A stretch of DNA of 63,580 nt, the filler included, from Chiloscyllium plagiosum (taxonomy: Eukaryota): NCBI RefSeq assembly GCF_004010195.1. It is 6 parts of one record of this genome, joined end to end, with 100 filler letters (N's around TTAATTAATTAA, not from the genome) between each part and the next. Parts side by side here need not be neighbours in the genome. Positions count along the whole stretch, not along the records: positions 41,767 to 53,160 come from NC_057711.1; positions 53,261 to 60,182 come from NC_057711.1; positions 60,283 to 63,580 come from NC_057711.1; 3 more parts are not named here. One strand, written 5' to 3'. The notes under the pieces were generated by a model. That model searched no databases. It worked only from the letters and a program-made list of their open reading frames with translations, and had not been told where the DNA came from. Of the stretch, positions 49,816 to 62,349 are shown one piece after another. Within the stretch, counting starts at the first letter, position 1. The number at the start of each line of letters is the position of its first letter. A program made the position numbers and the translations under genes.

Positions 49816-51876
49816 GGAGAAAGTGAGGACTGCAGATGCTGGAGACCAGAGTTGAAAAGTGTGGTGCTGGAAAAACGGAGCAGGTCAGGCAGCATCCGAG
49901 GAGCAGGAGAATCGACGTTTCGGGCATAAGCCCTTCTTCAGGAATGAGGCTGGTGTGCCAAGTGAGCTGAGATAAAAGGTAAGGGGGAATTTGGGGGAGG
50001 GGCGCTGGGAATACGATGGGTGGAAGGAGGTGAGGGTGAGGGTGATAGGCTGGAGAGGGGGNNNNNNNNNNNNNNNNNNNNNNNNNNNNNNNNNNNNNNN
50101 NNNNNNNNNNNNNNNNNNNNNNNNNNNNNNNNNNNNNNNNNNNNNNNNNNNNNNNNNNNNNNNNNNNNNNNNNNNNNNNNNNNNNNNNNNNNNNNNNNNN
50201 NNNNNNNNNNNNNNNNNNNNNNNNNNNNNNNNNNNNNNNNNNNNNNNNNNNNNNNNNNNNNNNNNNNNNNNNNNNNNNNNNNNNNNNNNNNNNNNNNNNN
50301 NNNNNNNNNNNNNNNNNNNNNNNNNNNNNNNNNNNNNNNNNNNNNNNNNNNNNNNNNNNNNNNNNNNNNNNNNNNNNNNNNNNNNNNNNNNNNNNNNNNN
50401 NNNNNNNNNNNNNNNNNNNNNNNNNNNNNNNNNNNNNNNNNNNNNNNNNNNNNNNNNNNNNNNNNNNNNNNNNNNNNNNNNNNNNNNNNNNNNNNNNNNN
50501 NNNNNNNNNNNNNNNNNNNNNNNNNNNNNNNNNNNNNNNNNNNNNNNNNNNNNNNNNNNNNNNNNNNNNNNNNNNNNNNNNNNNNNNNNNNNNNNNNNNN
50601 NNNNNNNNNNNNNNNNNNNNNNNNNNNNNNNNNNNNNNNNNNNNNNNNNNNNNNNNNNNNNNNNNNNNNNNNNNNNNNNNNNNNNNNNNNNNNNNNNNNN
50701 NNNNNNNNNNNNNNNNNNNNNNNNNNNNNNNNNNNNNNNNNNNNNNNNNNNNNNNNNNNNNNNNNNNNNNNNNNNNNNNNNNNNNNNNNNNNNNNNNNNN
50801 NNNNNNNNNNNNNNNNNNNNNNNNNNNNNNNNNNNNNNNNNNNNNNNNNNNNNNNNNNNNNNNNNNNNNNNNNNNNNNNNNNNNNNNNNNNNNNNNNNNN
50901 NNNNNNNNNNNNNNNNNNNNNNNNNNNNNNNNNNNNNNNNNNNNNNNNNNNNNNNNNNNNNNNNNNNNNNNNNNNNNNNNNNNNNNNNNNNNTGGTTGGG
51001 TCGTCGGGAGAGAAAGAAGCGGAGGGCTTGGAGGCCTTCGTGATGGCGGATGGAATTGTATAGGGACTGGATGTCCATCGTGAAGATAAGGCGTTGGGGG
51101 CCGGGTAAGCGAAAATCATGGAGGAGGTGGAGGGCTTGGGTGGTGTCCCGAACATAGGTGGGGTGTTCTTGGATTAAGGGGGACAGGACAGTGTTGAGGT
51201 ATGCAGAGGTGAGTTCAGTGGGGCAGGAGCAGTCTGAGACAATGGGTCGGCCGGGGCAGTCGGGTTTGTGGATTTTGGACAGGAGGTAGAAACGTGCAGT
51301 GCGGAGTTGTGGAACTATGAGATTGGAGATGGTGGATGGTTGATGAGGTTATGGATGGTCTGGGAGATGATGGTTTGGTGGTGGAGTCATGTCAAGGGGG
51401 CAGTAGGAGGAGGTGTCCATGAGTTGGCGACTAGCTTCAGCGGTGTAAAAATCGGTGCGCCAAACTACCACTGCACCTCCTTTGTCTGCCAGTTTGATGG
51501 CGAGGTTGGGGTTGTAGCGGAGGGAGTGGAGGGCTGCACGTTGAGGGTGAGATATTGGAGTGGGTGAGAGGGGTGGACAGGTTGAGGCAGTCAATGTCAC
51601 GGCTGCAGTTGAATATGAAGAGATAGAGGGCGGGTAAGAGGCTAGCACGGGGTGTCCAGGTGGATGGGGTGTGTTGGAGGCGGGAGAAAGGGTCGTCAGA
51701 GGGTGGACGAAAATCTTGGTTGAAGAAGTAAGCGCGGAGGCGAAGGCGGTGGAAGAAATGCTCAACATCTAGCCACGTGTCGAACTCATTGATCCGGGAG
51801 CGAAGGGGGATGAAGGTAAGGCCTCTGCTGAGGACTGATCGTTCATCCTCAGAGAGGGGAAGGTCTGGAGGGATGG
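49816..51876 (-). mobile_element. Penelope-like element, inverted arm (contains a 931-N gap)
   Basis: IKLADKGGAVVVW and MDIQSLYNSI motifs; hammerhead-bearing tail at 49816-49950. Confidence 0.88.
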
Positions 51877-53432
51877 TTATCCTCAGAAGAATTCATACAC
51901 TGAACAAACGTTTTTTTTCCTAGCCATATTGAACATCAAAGAAAGTATGTACAAAAAATTTTCAAGTACTCACCCCCACACTCTGGATTCCTCGACCGTT
52001 CCTGAACCTTCTCGTGACCTCCGGAACCGCTCGGGCGCCATTGCCCATGCAGCCGCTGCAGCCACCACTGCAGCGGCGAACGGTGACGCCATTTCCGCCC
52101 CCACCACCGCACGAACAACAGCCACCACCAACCATGCAGCCTCCGTGATCACTGCCCAGACAACCGCCTCCACGATTGCCAGGAAGACTATTGCCGACAG
52201 ATACGTGGTCGCCGCAGGATCTACAGCCACTGGGACCAGCGCCGTTTCTGCCCAGCGCGCCACTTCCCTCCCCCGGAGTTGCCGTCGCCGCAGCCACTTC
52301 CCTCCCCCGGAGTTGCCGTCGCCACAGCCACTTCCCTCCCCCGGAGTTGCTGTCGCCACAGCCACTTCCCTCCCCCGGAGTTGCTGTGGCCACAGCCACT
52401 TCCGACCCCAGTGACATCATTCACCTGCTCAAGGACCACACTGCACGTTATGCCGCCCCCACGTCGATCTCCGCCCCCACGCCCATCTCCGGCCCCATGC
52501 CTAACCCCACCCCCACTCCCAGCTCCACACCAGGTCCTAGCTCCCAGCCCTGCCGTATTTTCATCATCCCTCCAGACCTTCCCCTCTTTGAGGAGGAACG
52601 ATCAGTCCTCAGCAGAGGCCTCATCTTTATCCCCTTCGCTCCCGGATCAATGAGTTCGACGCGTGGCTAGACATCGAGCATTTCTTCCGTTGCCTTTGCC
52701 TCCGCGCCTACTTCTTCACCCAGGGCTCTCGCCCAACCTCTGACGACCCCTTCTTGCGCCTCCAACACGGCCCATCCACCTGGACACCCCGTGCTGGCCT
52801 CTTACCCGACCTCTATTTCTTCATATCCAACTGCCGCTGTGACATTGACCACCTCGACCTGTCCACCCCACTCACCCACTCCAACCTCTCACCCTCACAA
52901 CGCGCAGCCCTCCACACCCTCCGCTCTAACCCTAACCTCACCATCAAACAGGCAGACAAGGGAGGCGCAGTGGTAGTTTGGCACACCGATCTTTACACTG
53001 CTGAAACTAGACGCCAACTCACGGACACCTCCTCCTACTGCCCCCTTGACCATGTCCCCACCTCCCACCACCAAACCATCATCTCCCAGACCATCCATAA
53101 CCTCATCAGCTCAGGGGATCTCCCATCCACCGCCTTCCAACTGCCCCCTTCTACCTCCTGNNNNNNNNNNNNNNNNNNNNNNNNNNNNNNNNNNNNNNNN
53201 NNNNTTAATTAATTAANNNNNNNNNNNNNNNNNNNNNNNNNNNNNNNNNNNNNNNNNNNNCCACCTATCACATTTCCGACGCCCCTCCCCCAAGTCCCTC
53301 CTCCCTATCTTTTATCTTAGCCTGCTGGACCAACTTTCCTCATTCTTGAAGAAGGGCTAATGCCCGAAACGTCGATTCTCCTGTTCCCTAGATGCTGCCT
53401 GACCTGCTGCGCTTTTCCAGCAACACATTTCC
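51877..53432 (+). mobile_element. Penelope-like element, direct arm
   Basis: EEERSVLSRGLIFIP and IKQADKGGAVVVW motifs; tail at 53340-53430; mirrors 51000-51876. Confidence 0.88.
52259..52403 (+). repeat. 34-bp minisatellite, ~4.3 copies, inside the Penelope element
   Basis: Unit GCCACTTCCCTCCCCCGGAGTTGCYGTCGCCRCA. Confidence 0.9.
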
Positions 53433-54322
53433 ATAACCAATGTCCTGTACAGCCGCAACATGGCCTCCCAACTCCTGTACTCAATACTCTGACCAATAAA
53501 AGAAAGCATACCAAACGCCTTCTTCACTATCCTATCTACCTATGACTCCACTTTCAAGGAGCTATGAACCTGTACTCCAAGGTCTCTTTGTTCAGCAACA
53601 CAGTTGTTTCTAGTGGCTGCCCCACAACTATAATCAAGTATGGAATGTCAGAAGATTTTAACACGTGCAGAAGAATGAAGAGTTAGGCTTATCTCTAGAT
53701 GTTGTCTATATGGATGTCGAAGAGGCACTCAATAAAGTTTTGGTTCTAAGAGTTGCAGAAGCTGAAATTATTGGAATTGGAAGAAATCTTCAGACTTGAG
53801 TTGCAATTGGTTGTGAAGCATGAGACAGAAAGTACTGTGTTGAATGTGGTTAAAGAGTTGTACAATATATCCAAGTTTCCAGACAACGTTAAATCAGGAG
53901 GCACAATAAGTTGTGTAATGTAAATAAAATGTGTAGCTCCTTTGCATTAAAATAATGATCAAGGAGTAATATTTTTTCATACTTATTAGGATATCAAGGA
54001 GCTAACTACTGAAAAAGCATCAGATTTTATTGTTCAAAGATTAACAACACTGGCACTACAGTACAGCTGTTGCTGGCTTATTTTTTATCCTAAAGAAAGC
54101 CTAAATACACAGTAAGTAAACATAGTAGTTCACCAAGTTGACTGTTATCCATTTGTTTTCCACACAAATGGCAATATTCTCAAAATCAGGAAAAGAAGCA
54201 CTTATTTTAGAATGAATTTTAATTTTTAACTTTTGGTTACGACAATAGCAAGATTGTGCACTTTTTGCAGCATGAAGATGTTCCAAAATGCTTGCCATAA
54301 TTATATAATGGAATTATTTATT

Positions 54323-54640
54323 GGCCTCAGTGGTTCGCACTGCTGCCTCACAGTGCCAGGGACCTGGGTTCGATTCGTGCCTTGGGAGACAGTCTGTGTG
54401 GAGTTTGTACATTCTCCCCATGACTGCGCAGGTTTACTTCAGGTGTTCCGGTTTCCTCCCATAATCCAAAGCTGTGCAGGCCAGGTGAATTGGCCATGCT
54501 AAATTGCCCATTGTTAGGTGCATTAGTCAGAGTTAAATATAGGGGAGGGGAATGGGTCTGGGTGGTTTTCTTATCAGAGGGTTGGTGTGGACTTGCTGGG
54601 CCAAATGGCCTGTTTCTATACTGTAGGGAATCTAATCTAA
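54323..54640 (+). mobile_element. HE1-like SINE
   Basis: Shared core and TCTAATCTAA tail. Confidence 0.88.
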
Positions 54641-54688
54641 AAATCGCTCTTACAGCTTCCCATATCAGAAAACTTACGAAGTAACCTA

Positions 54689-55613
54689 TGTCATGAAGAT
54701 GTGGGTGTACTTTAAGAGAGTTAAAGGCAGCAGAAGCCCCAGACACAGCACCAAATGTTCTCAATAAGGCAACAATGTAACATTTGCTCGAAATCTCGAT
54801 TAGCTTGTTGCCTGGAATTTGGCAATCAATTTAAATTATACCTCAAAAATGATCAAACTCCAATCCAGTTTGAATTGAGTATATTGACAATCTTAAAATC
54901 CAATGACACAATCCAATGCTTTGGGGGTACAAAACTGGGGAAAATTGAACAATTGAGAGGAGAACTGACAAGCCCAGTATGTAAACAGACTGCCTGAAAA
55001 ATAGATCTCTTAAAAAGGTACCTTTTCAATCAGTAACCTGTGACGAAGAAATTCCTAAGAAAAAGAAAAGACTTAAGAAGATCCGAATAGAAGAACAAAA
55101 GCTGCCTGGTTTTGAGACAAGAAGTGTGGTTTTGTAAATCTTAATTGGGAATTTTATCGGACAGTATTATAGAAGGGAAGGTAACATAAGTTAGAGTAAG
55201 GAATGGTAAACAGTTGTTAGTTAATTATTCTCTGTTTATACTTAAAGAAATAAACTTGTTAATTTTTACTTTAAATAGTCCATGGCCACTCAAATTTTTA
55301 CAGATTACTGCACGGGATAAATCTTTTCTGTGTTGCTGGTTTTAAATTAAGCAGGAGAGTTTATCCTGTGTCGTAACAGTTGGCTTTTAAGATTGTCAAT
55401 ATACTAAATTCAAACTGGATTGGAGTTTGATATTTTTCGGGGTATAATTTAAATTGATTGGCCGAATTTGAATTTTTTTTTGTCTCCAAGCGACGAGCTA
55501 ATAGAGTTGTTTGAGCAAGTATTACATTGTTGCCTTATTGAGAACACTTGGTGCTGTGTCTAATACTTCTGCTGTTTTTAGCTCTCTTAAAGTACACCCA
55601 CATTGTCATAACA
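54689..55613. mobile_element. Full LTR (54689-55378, +) fused to an inverted 5' LTR portion (55379-55613, -)
   Basis: TG...CA LTR; 55380-55613 is the reverse complement of 54689-54903; CCTA flanks both outer ends (54685-54688 and 55614-55617). Confidence 0.88.
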
Positions 55614-56881
55614 CCTACAGAGTTACTTGAATTTTTGCACTCATTTGTCCTGTCCTGTTTCTTTTTCAGATATTGTTTTAATGAAAAGATTTTTCACAGT
55701 CTTTCCTTGATCTATGCAGCTTTAGTGCCTTTTGTGATGAAATCAGAGAAAATTGAAGTAAAGGTACAAATAATGATCAATAGTGAATTTTTACTTTCTC
55801 TTGTAAATTTTTTTTAAAAAGCAGAACATTGTAAAGTGCTAGGTGACCAACTGGTAGGGTTACACCAAGTAAGGTAACTAATTATAAACATAACTTTTCC
55901 TTTAAGGATGTATCTTTATTTGAACTGGGAACTTACTTTCCTAATATTGTTCCAGCAATTAATTTATGATAATTTGTTCTCATTGGTAAACATACCTCAA
56001 GTTTATGTCTGTTTTATTTCATTGAGATATTTTAGGAATTTTATTTTTTAAAAGCTTGCTACAGCAACAAAAGCAATAGCATCAAATACTGTGAAAAGGT
56101 CCTCACAGATTATTGCCTTTGTTCACTACATCTTTGGAAGGAGAGCTACAGAAACTTGAGAAAACTGGTACACTGGCACTATCACTAATTTTCCAGGGTT
56201 TCCATGGATAAACAAATTGACTTAGGGTGGATGAATGGGAAACGCATCTGGGGAATTAGGGTGGATCATCAAAAGATTGTATTACAAGAGTCAGTGATGA
56301 TATAAGGTTGGCCACATAAAAATGGATTAGTTTGTGATGAGTGGTAGTTTTTTTATTCATTCAAGGATGTAGGCTGAGCCAGCATTTATTGCCTATCCCT
56401 AATTGCCTTTGAGAAGGTGTGGTGAGCTACCTTCTTGAACTGCTGCAGTCCATAACTTAGACACACAATGTCAACATTCGACTCTCTTTGACCCACCAAT
56501 TTCTAGTAAAAAGGGAGGTAGGACAGGGTTAGATGGGGTGGAATGGGAGGCTACCAATCTATTTCTGGAAAGTGGATTGTCAATTTAACATCATTTTTGT
56601 CTGCTGTCTTACATTTTACTCAGTGGATCTAGGTTTTCCAGTAACAGGAAGCTTCTGGTGTTATATTCCTAATAGCCAGTTGGTGAAAGAAGAAACCAAA
56701 TCTCACACTTTTATTTCTCATACATCTAGCTTTGTAAGCATTAAGATGTTACAACATTGCAATTTTTATATTTTTAACAGCTTCTCAAAAAGTCAGCAAT
56801 TGCTGAGCTCATTGGCACTGTTTAAATTTACTGTCTGAATTCAAGTGCCACTGAATGGAGTGTGTGTCAACTGTGAGAATG

Positions 56882-57180
56882 GGGTGACGTAGTAGCTCAG
56901 TGGTCAGAGCTGCTGCCTCAGAGACTTAAGAATCCGGGTTCACTTCCCACTTCGGGTGCCTGGAGTTTGCACGTTCTCCCTGTGTCTGCGTGGGTTTCCT
57001 CCCACAATCCAAAGATGTGCAGGTCAGATGAATTGGTCATGCTAAATTGCTCATGTGTTAGGTGCATTAGTCAGGGGTAAATATAGGGTAGAGGAATGGG
57101 TCTGGGTGGGTTACTCTTCAGAAGGTCGGGGTGGACTTGTTGGGCTGAAGGGTCTTATTAAGACTGTAGGGAATCTAATC
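56882..57180 (+). mobile_element. HE1-like SINE
   Basis: tRNA-like head TAGCTCAGTGG, shared core and tail. Confidence 0.85.
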
Positions 57181-57660
57181 TTAAAAAAAACTGTTCCAGT
57201 AACTAACTGGTTTTACAAATTCAACCTGTGCTCAGCTCCGTTCAGCATGTTGGCACTCAAATGCAAATACCAATTTGAGGACATATGCCACCCAAATCAC
57301 CAGCTGTTTCAGTGGCCAATTAGAATTTGCCTTCTTACTTCAGGCAAGCTGAGAAATATAGTACATTTGCACTATAAAACAGGACAATGATCAAAATTAA
57401 GTGTGAGTGAAAAGGACAACTAACTGTGACAGCAAGATAAATATCTCTCACAATTATTACTTGTTTCAACCAAGTCCTCCGCAACTCAAGTGGAATTTTC
57501 AGCACTTTTTGCTGTACCAAATCATGCCAAAATTAGAAATTACAACAATATAAAAGGGTTTATATTGCAGGCAATCTTCTTTCACTTGTTCAATAGAAAA
57601 ATGTGAATTCACATGTTGTAATCAGTTTTCCCCATTGTATCATAAATATTTAAATATAAA

Positions 57661-57847
57661 GTTAAAAATCACACAACACCAGGTTATAGTCCAACAGGTT
57701 GAATTGGAAGCACACTAGCTTTCGGAGCGACCCTCCTTTATTGCTCCGAAAGCTAGTGTGCTTCCAATTAAACCTGTTGGACTATAACCTGGTGTTGTGT
57801 GATTTTTAACTTTGTACACTCCAGTCCAACACCAGCATCTCCAAATC
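57661..57847. mobile_element. Fold-back Penelope-type insertion with 15-bp TSD
   Basis: Near-perfect ~68-bp arms (57661-57728 and 57743-57810); TSD ATATTTAAATATAAA at 57646-57660 and 57848-57862. Confidence 0.85.
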
Positions 57848-58845
57848 ATATTTAAATATAAATTGTGCCTCAATAATTTGTCAATCTGCAGTAATTAATT
57901 CCAAAGCATTCAAAAACAGACCTAAAAATGTTTAATACTGTTATTTATAATTATAACAGTTTTGTTCTCACCATACTTTTAGGTTGTACTTGCACCAGGA
58001 ATTACAGAGACAACGCAAGTAGTTCGCCAAATAGCAGATATCACCTTGCTTTCAAGCAATCAGGATCCATTCACATGGCTTGACAGATCTTGGCTTTCTA
58101 CTCTTCCAACTGAGGTTCATATTTTGCGTTATCGTTCAATCATATTATATAGTTTTATTGTAGGCATCTGGGGGCAATCATTACTGATGTACTTCAAATT
58201 TACCACTTGTTTGTGATGCTTACATCTTTATACTTGTTTATACCACTTTTTACAATTTTCATCACACTGGATAGCCTGTAGAAGATGCATGTTTACTCCT
58301 TCCTGTGAATGTGGCTCTTTGCTCATCTGAAAATCCACCAATTGGTAATTAATACCAATATTAATTTAACTATTGTCACAAAGAAAGCTTACACTATTTG
58401 TCACTGGTTAATCTTTTCAATTTTACAGAACATTTTGTAAATTGCATTTAACTGAGAGAAACCAAGAAATCCAAAAATAAAGAAAATCAAATGCATCAAA
58501 TGCTAATCTCATTTTGGACAATCCCATGTCCATTGTCTGGGGAAAATATTAATGGAGTGTACATACTCTTTCAAACAGGTTGTGGGGAGGAGGGAGGTAT
58601 GTGTTTTAGTATATTAGTCTATCAGTGCTGAAAATTTATAATAACCTAGAATTTCCATTAACTTGTTTGTGTGATAATACAGCAGCAAAATGGAACTTTC
58701 ATTTACAATCCTTTTGCTATTATTCATCCTCAATGAGCTGCAAGAGGACAAAGACATCTACCTCTATTTTCTGTCTCTTAGCAAGTTTCATGTCCATCCT
58801 GCCATTGCCCTTAACTGCCATGGGCTAAAATTATCTTAACAAATG

Positions 58846-59036
58846 GGAGAAAGTGAGGACTGCAGATGCTGGAGATCAGAGTCAAAAAGTGTAGTGCTGG
58901 AAAGGCACAGCCAGTCAGGCAGCATCTGAGGAGCAGCATAGGAATGTCATGAAGAGCTTGTGCTTGAAGCATTAACTCTCCTGCTCCTCAGATGCTGTCT
59001 GACCACCTGTGCTTTTACAGCACCACACTTTTTGAA
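58846..59036. mobile_element. Fold-back insertion of Penelope terminal sequence
   Basis: 58882-58936 is inverted at 58981-59035; TTAACAAATG occurs on both flanks. Confidence 0.75.
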
Positions 59037-59563
59037 TTTGTATTTTAACAAATGCCTTTTGAAAGCCCATGTACCTACATAAGAATGTAAGAAATAGGAG
59101 CAGCAGTAAGCCATTCAGTCTCTTTCATGTTGCTGTGCAATTCAATGATGGTTGATCTTTTACATTAATTCGATATCCTGCCTTTCCCCATATTCCTTGA
59201 TTACTTTAGCTCTCAGGACATGCTAGCTCTTGAATCACAAATAGGTATCTACAAGTGTTGTATTTTGATTTTGCATATGAGCATTTGGTATGTAATTTAT
59301 GTTTGTGAATCATTTGATTTATCATATATGTCTGAAACGCATTTATTTTATTCTAGGATGAAAAGCAGCTACTTGATTTTCCCAGTTTAAATTCATTGGT
59401 TGCCCAATTAATGCTCAGAAAATCTCCATCAATGGAGTGGCTTCTGTCAGCGACTTTTAATGAATTGCAGGAAATCCTTCCTGAGGTTCCAGGAAAAGCT
59501 CTGAAGGTCAGACATTATTTAGATTTAAATAACCTACTGATATGCTAATTGGTCAGACAAATA

Positions 59564-59691
59564 TTAGATTAGATCACTTACAGTGTGGAAACAGGCCCTT
59601 CAGCCCAACAAATCCACACCGACCCGCCGAAGCGCAACCCACCCTGACCCATTCCCCTACATTTACCCCTTCACCTAACACTACAGGCAAT
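59564..59691 (-). mobile_element. HE1-like SINE 3' part, truncated by an L1 insertion
   Basis: Matches 22980-23110. Confidence 0.85.
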
Positions 59692-60182
59692 TTTTTTTTA
59701 TAGATATTTTTATTAAAAATTTAACATTTTTACAAGTTTACAAAAATAAACAAAACTCTCAAATATAAACATTGATATACAATTAAATCAAATATACAAT
59801 AGCCAAAATTTAACAAAAGAATAAAAAAAAACGAAAAAGAAAAAAAAACAAAACTCAAATATCTACTAATCTAACCTACAACTAACCAGAGTGTATATTT
59901 AAGTCTCTTACATGCTCGGAATGTGTTAACATCAGATGTAATAAAACCCGTATTCGTGCGGGATTCCGCTTAAGGGGCCCCGGACCAGCCAAGCTTGTAA
60001 TCAATTAAATAAAAGCCCTTGTTAGGATAGCCGAAATATCTGTATTTATATAATTCAAGAAGGGCTGCCATATTTTATAAAATAATTCGGTCTTTCGGTG
60101 CACCATATTTGTAAGGAAGTCAAGGGGAATACATTCCATAATTAATCTGTGCCAATTTGAAAGACCAGGGGGGCCCTCAGCC
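59691..60182 (-). mobile_element. L1-clade LINE 3' end
   Basis: Reverse complement encodes NWHRLIMECIPLDFLTNMVHRKTELFYKIWQPFLNYI, typical of an L1 ORF2 C-terminus, then AATAAA and poly(A). Confidence 0.8.
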
Positions 60183-60282
60183 NNNNNNNNNNNNNNNNNN
60201 NNNNNNNNNNNNNNNNNNNNNNNNNNTTAATTAATTAANNNNNNNNNNNNNNNNNNNNNNNNNNNNNNNNNNNNNNNNNNNN

Positions 60283-61055
60283 CTGTTGGAAATTCCTCAT
60301 CGCTTCTATCTGTCTCTCCAACCGATCCACTCGATCTGATAAGATTTGCATCCAACAGCATTTATGACAGATATAATCCACAGTAACCCTTAAACTCTCT
60401 TTAAACTCCCACATCTGACAAGAAGTACATATCCCTGCAAAGGCCATTTTTGCTCCTTCACAATCTACAGATGTAGAAAATAACACTGTCTTATTCCTCT
60501 ACAAAACACTGAACCAGGTTAAATTAATAGCTATGGCTTATATTTTAAGTTTAATCAAGAGATTTCTCTCCAAAAACATATAATCAAGAAAGAACCCACT
60601 GTACTCACTAATACAGCCTTTCTCTTGGACAGACTTAAAACAACAATTAACTTATCTGATTCTGTGTTGTGAACTTCGCCCAAACCGGTTCCTCCAAGAT
60701 TAGTTGTTTGTTCAATGAACAATCCACTGTTTGTTCATTTTCCTAGATGCACTCCGATGTACAGCGACACATGAATTCAAAAAAAGCAAAGGCAGTAACT
60801 GTGCAGGTTCTCTCTCTCTCTCTCTCTCCTGCACTGTTCTCACCACGTGCTTCCATTGTCTGTTCTTCTCCCTTTTAAAACTGCTGTTGTTTTGACTTTT
60901 TGTTTCCAAAGTTCCAAAACAATGCAACAGCATATAAAACAGTAATTGCTGCTCCTGGAATTCGAGGAAATCACCTCCAGCACCTAAAACACCTCAAAAA
61001 AGGAGCAGCTGTTACAGGCAGAAATTTTTCCCATCCTCCATCTTGGATTACCCAG
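60283..61055 (-). mobile_element. CR1 5' UTR and ORF1 start
   Basis: ORF 60235-60486 CTSCQMWE...YICHKC zinc-finger pattern followed by coiled coil LSDRVDRLERQI. Confidence 0.7.
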
Positions 61056-62340
61056 AGGTATTTTGGCATTTGAAAGAGAGAATTAGTACTTTTGACATAT
61101 TTAACAAAGTTTTCAGTAAAAGTATTGCAACTGGACCTCTCAACAGCAATAAACCTTGAATAGATACATTACATTCAAAATTTTAAAACTTTGTAAGATA
61201 CTTCAAAGAACCTGAGGAGTGGATTTTCGATCACCTGTCGGAGCATGGTCTGGTCTGTCAGTTCTTTGATCCTGTGTAATTTGCACTGAACATTTAAAAA
61301 GATGGAGTGGTGAGAGAGGAGGGGGTTGGGGAAGAAGGATATTGGAGCCATCAAACATGCACCTCCAATTAACTTGCTATCCTCCAAGCAACTTATTGTC
61401 CAACTCATTGAAGAGTTTGTAAATTGGTTTGAGGGAGACAGAAACAAATTCTCAAAGGTGAGAAACTGGAAGAGCAGATGATCCAGGACAGACATTAAAT
61501 ATTGGAGCAGGAGTATGTTATAATTCCCTATATCTAACCAAATAGAGGTAGTCTTCAAAGAGCTAAGTGAGACATTTGAGTGGTATCATACCATGTAATA
61601 GTCTTGCATAAAAGCATTAGCCCCATCTTGAATAACTGCTACTGTACTTTGTAATACATCAGGTTTAGTTAGTCAGCCTTAGGTTGGGTGACAGAACTAT
61701 ACTATATGGATTTCTGTGATGTCTATCTGATCTCTAAGTTATCATAACTATTGTTGTTTTGTGAATAAATCTTCTGACACTTGTTCTCAGTTACAACTTT
61801 GCTCATTTTACAAATTCTAACATAGTACCAGAAAACATATCAGATTAGGCTATTCAGACTTTTGCGTTTTCTGTGCCATTCAACTCATGATCCAATTTAA
61901 AGCTTTTTACACAGATTATTTCTATATTCCAGCAGGGAGCCACCCTGTAGCTGATGAAAAGTACAGGAATGTGATGTGAGGTGTGTGACAATGAAGCTAA
62001 TTCAATTCAATTCAATCATTTATATATATCTCTTATTTTAAAGTTTGGATTCTGAACTTGTGGCATTTGGCTTTGAACCTGTGTGTCAGAGGAGGTTCAA
62101 TGATTCACTTGTCAGTATATCTGATGGCATGATTATTTTTCAAACCAGTATGAAAGAGGTTCTCTCTGAGGTGATAATAGTGATGTGTTTGCATTGGGAG
62201 AATTTTATGAACAGGCAGAAGAAATATTGATGAGCATTAACTTGTTTTCTGGTTGAAAAGATCAAAATGTTATTTTCTTGCTTTTGTTCACAGACATCTT
62301 GGTTGAAATTAGATGTCAAAATTATCCTGTTAAACAATAA
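61050..62340 (-). pseudogene. SMG6: Decayed SMG6-like copy O (EST1 and linker)
   Basis: ORF 62140-62337 FFCLFIKFSQ ~ AFYQVIEKFRQ. ORF 61175-61558 QYLMSVLD ~ ESLMSLFE and SIFLNVQCKLHRIKELTDQTMLRQVIEN ~ LSFLHAHGKLFTRIGMETFPAVAEKVLKE. Confidence 0.6.
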
Positions 62341-62349
62341 TAAACAAAG

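Larger units (their letters stand above)
53920..56200 (-). pseudogene. SMG6: Decayed SMG6-like copy M (split by LTR composite and SINE)
   Basis: KIKFLKYLNE ~ RNRLLELLDE; HLALYNV ~ QLALLAV; TFTSIFSDFITKG ~ SLMSLFEETKRKA. Confidence 0.5.
56530..59530 (-). pseudogene. SMG6: Decayed SMG6-like copy N (EST1 to PIN)
   Basis: SLKVAD ~ LLRVAD; INAFQ ~ KNAFY; KGNGRMDMKLA ~ PKNGRPYNQLA; MPTIKLY ~ LPSVKVW; ALEFR ~ ELEIR. EKLLKI*KLQCCNILMLTKLDV (56721-56786) ~ ARLLESRKYILVVPLIVINELDG. DKND ~ GNND. Confidence 0.68.

Noticed and set aside
49885..51155. Long ORFs of 347-405 aa
   Set aside because: They only span the N gap; the flanks are Penelope sequence.
51929..52670. Overlapping Ala/Pro/Gly-rich ORFs
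   Set aside because: Products of the GC-rich Penelope 5' region and minisatellite.
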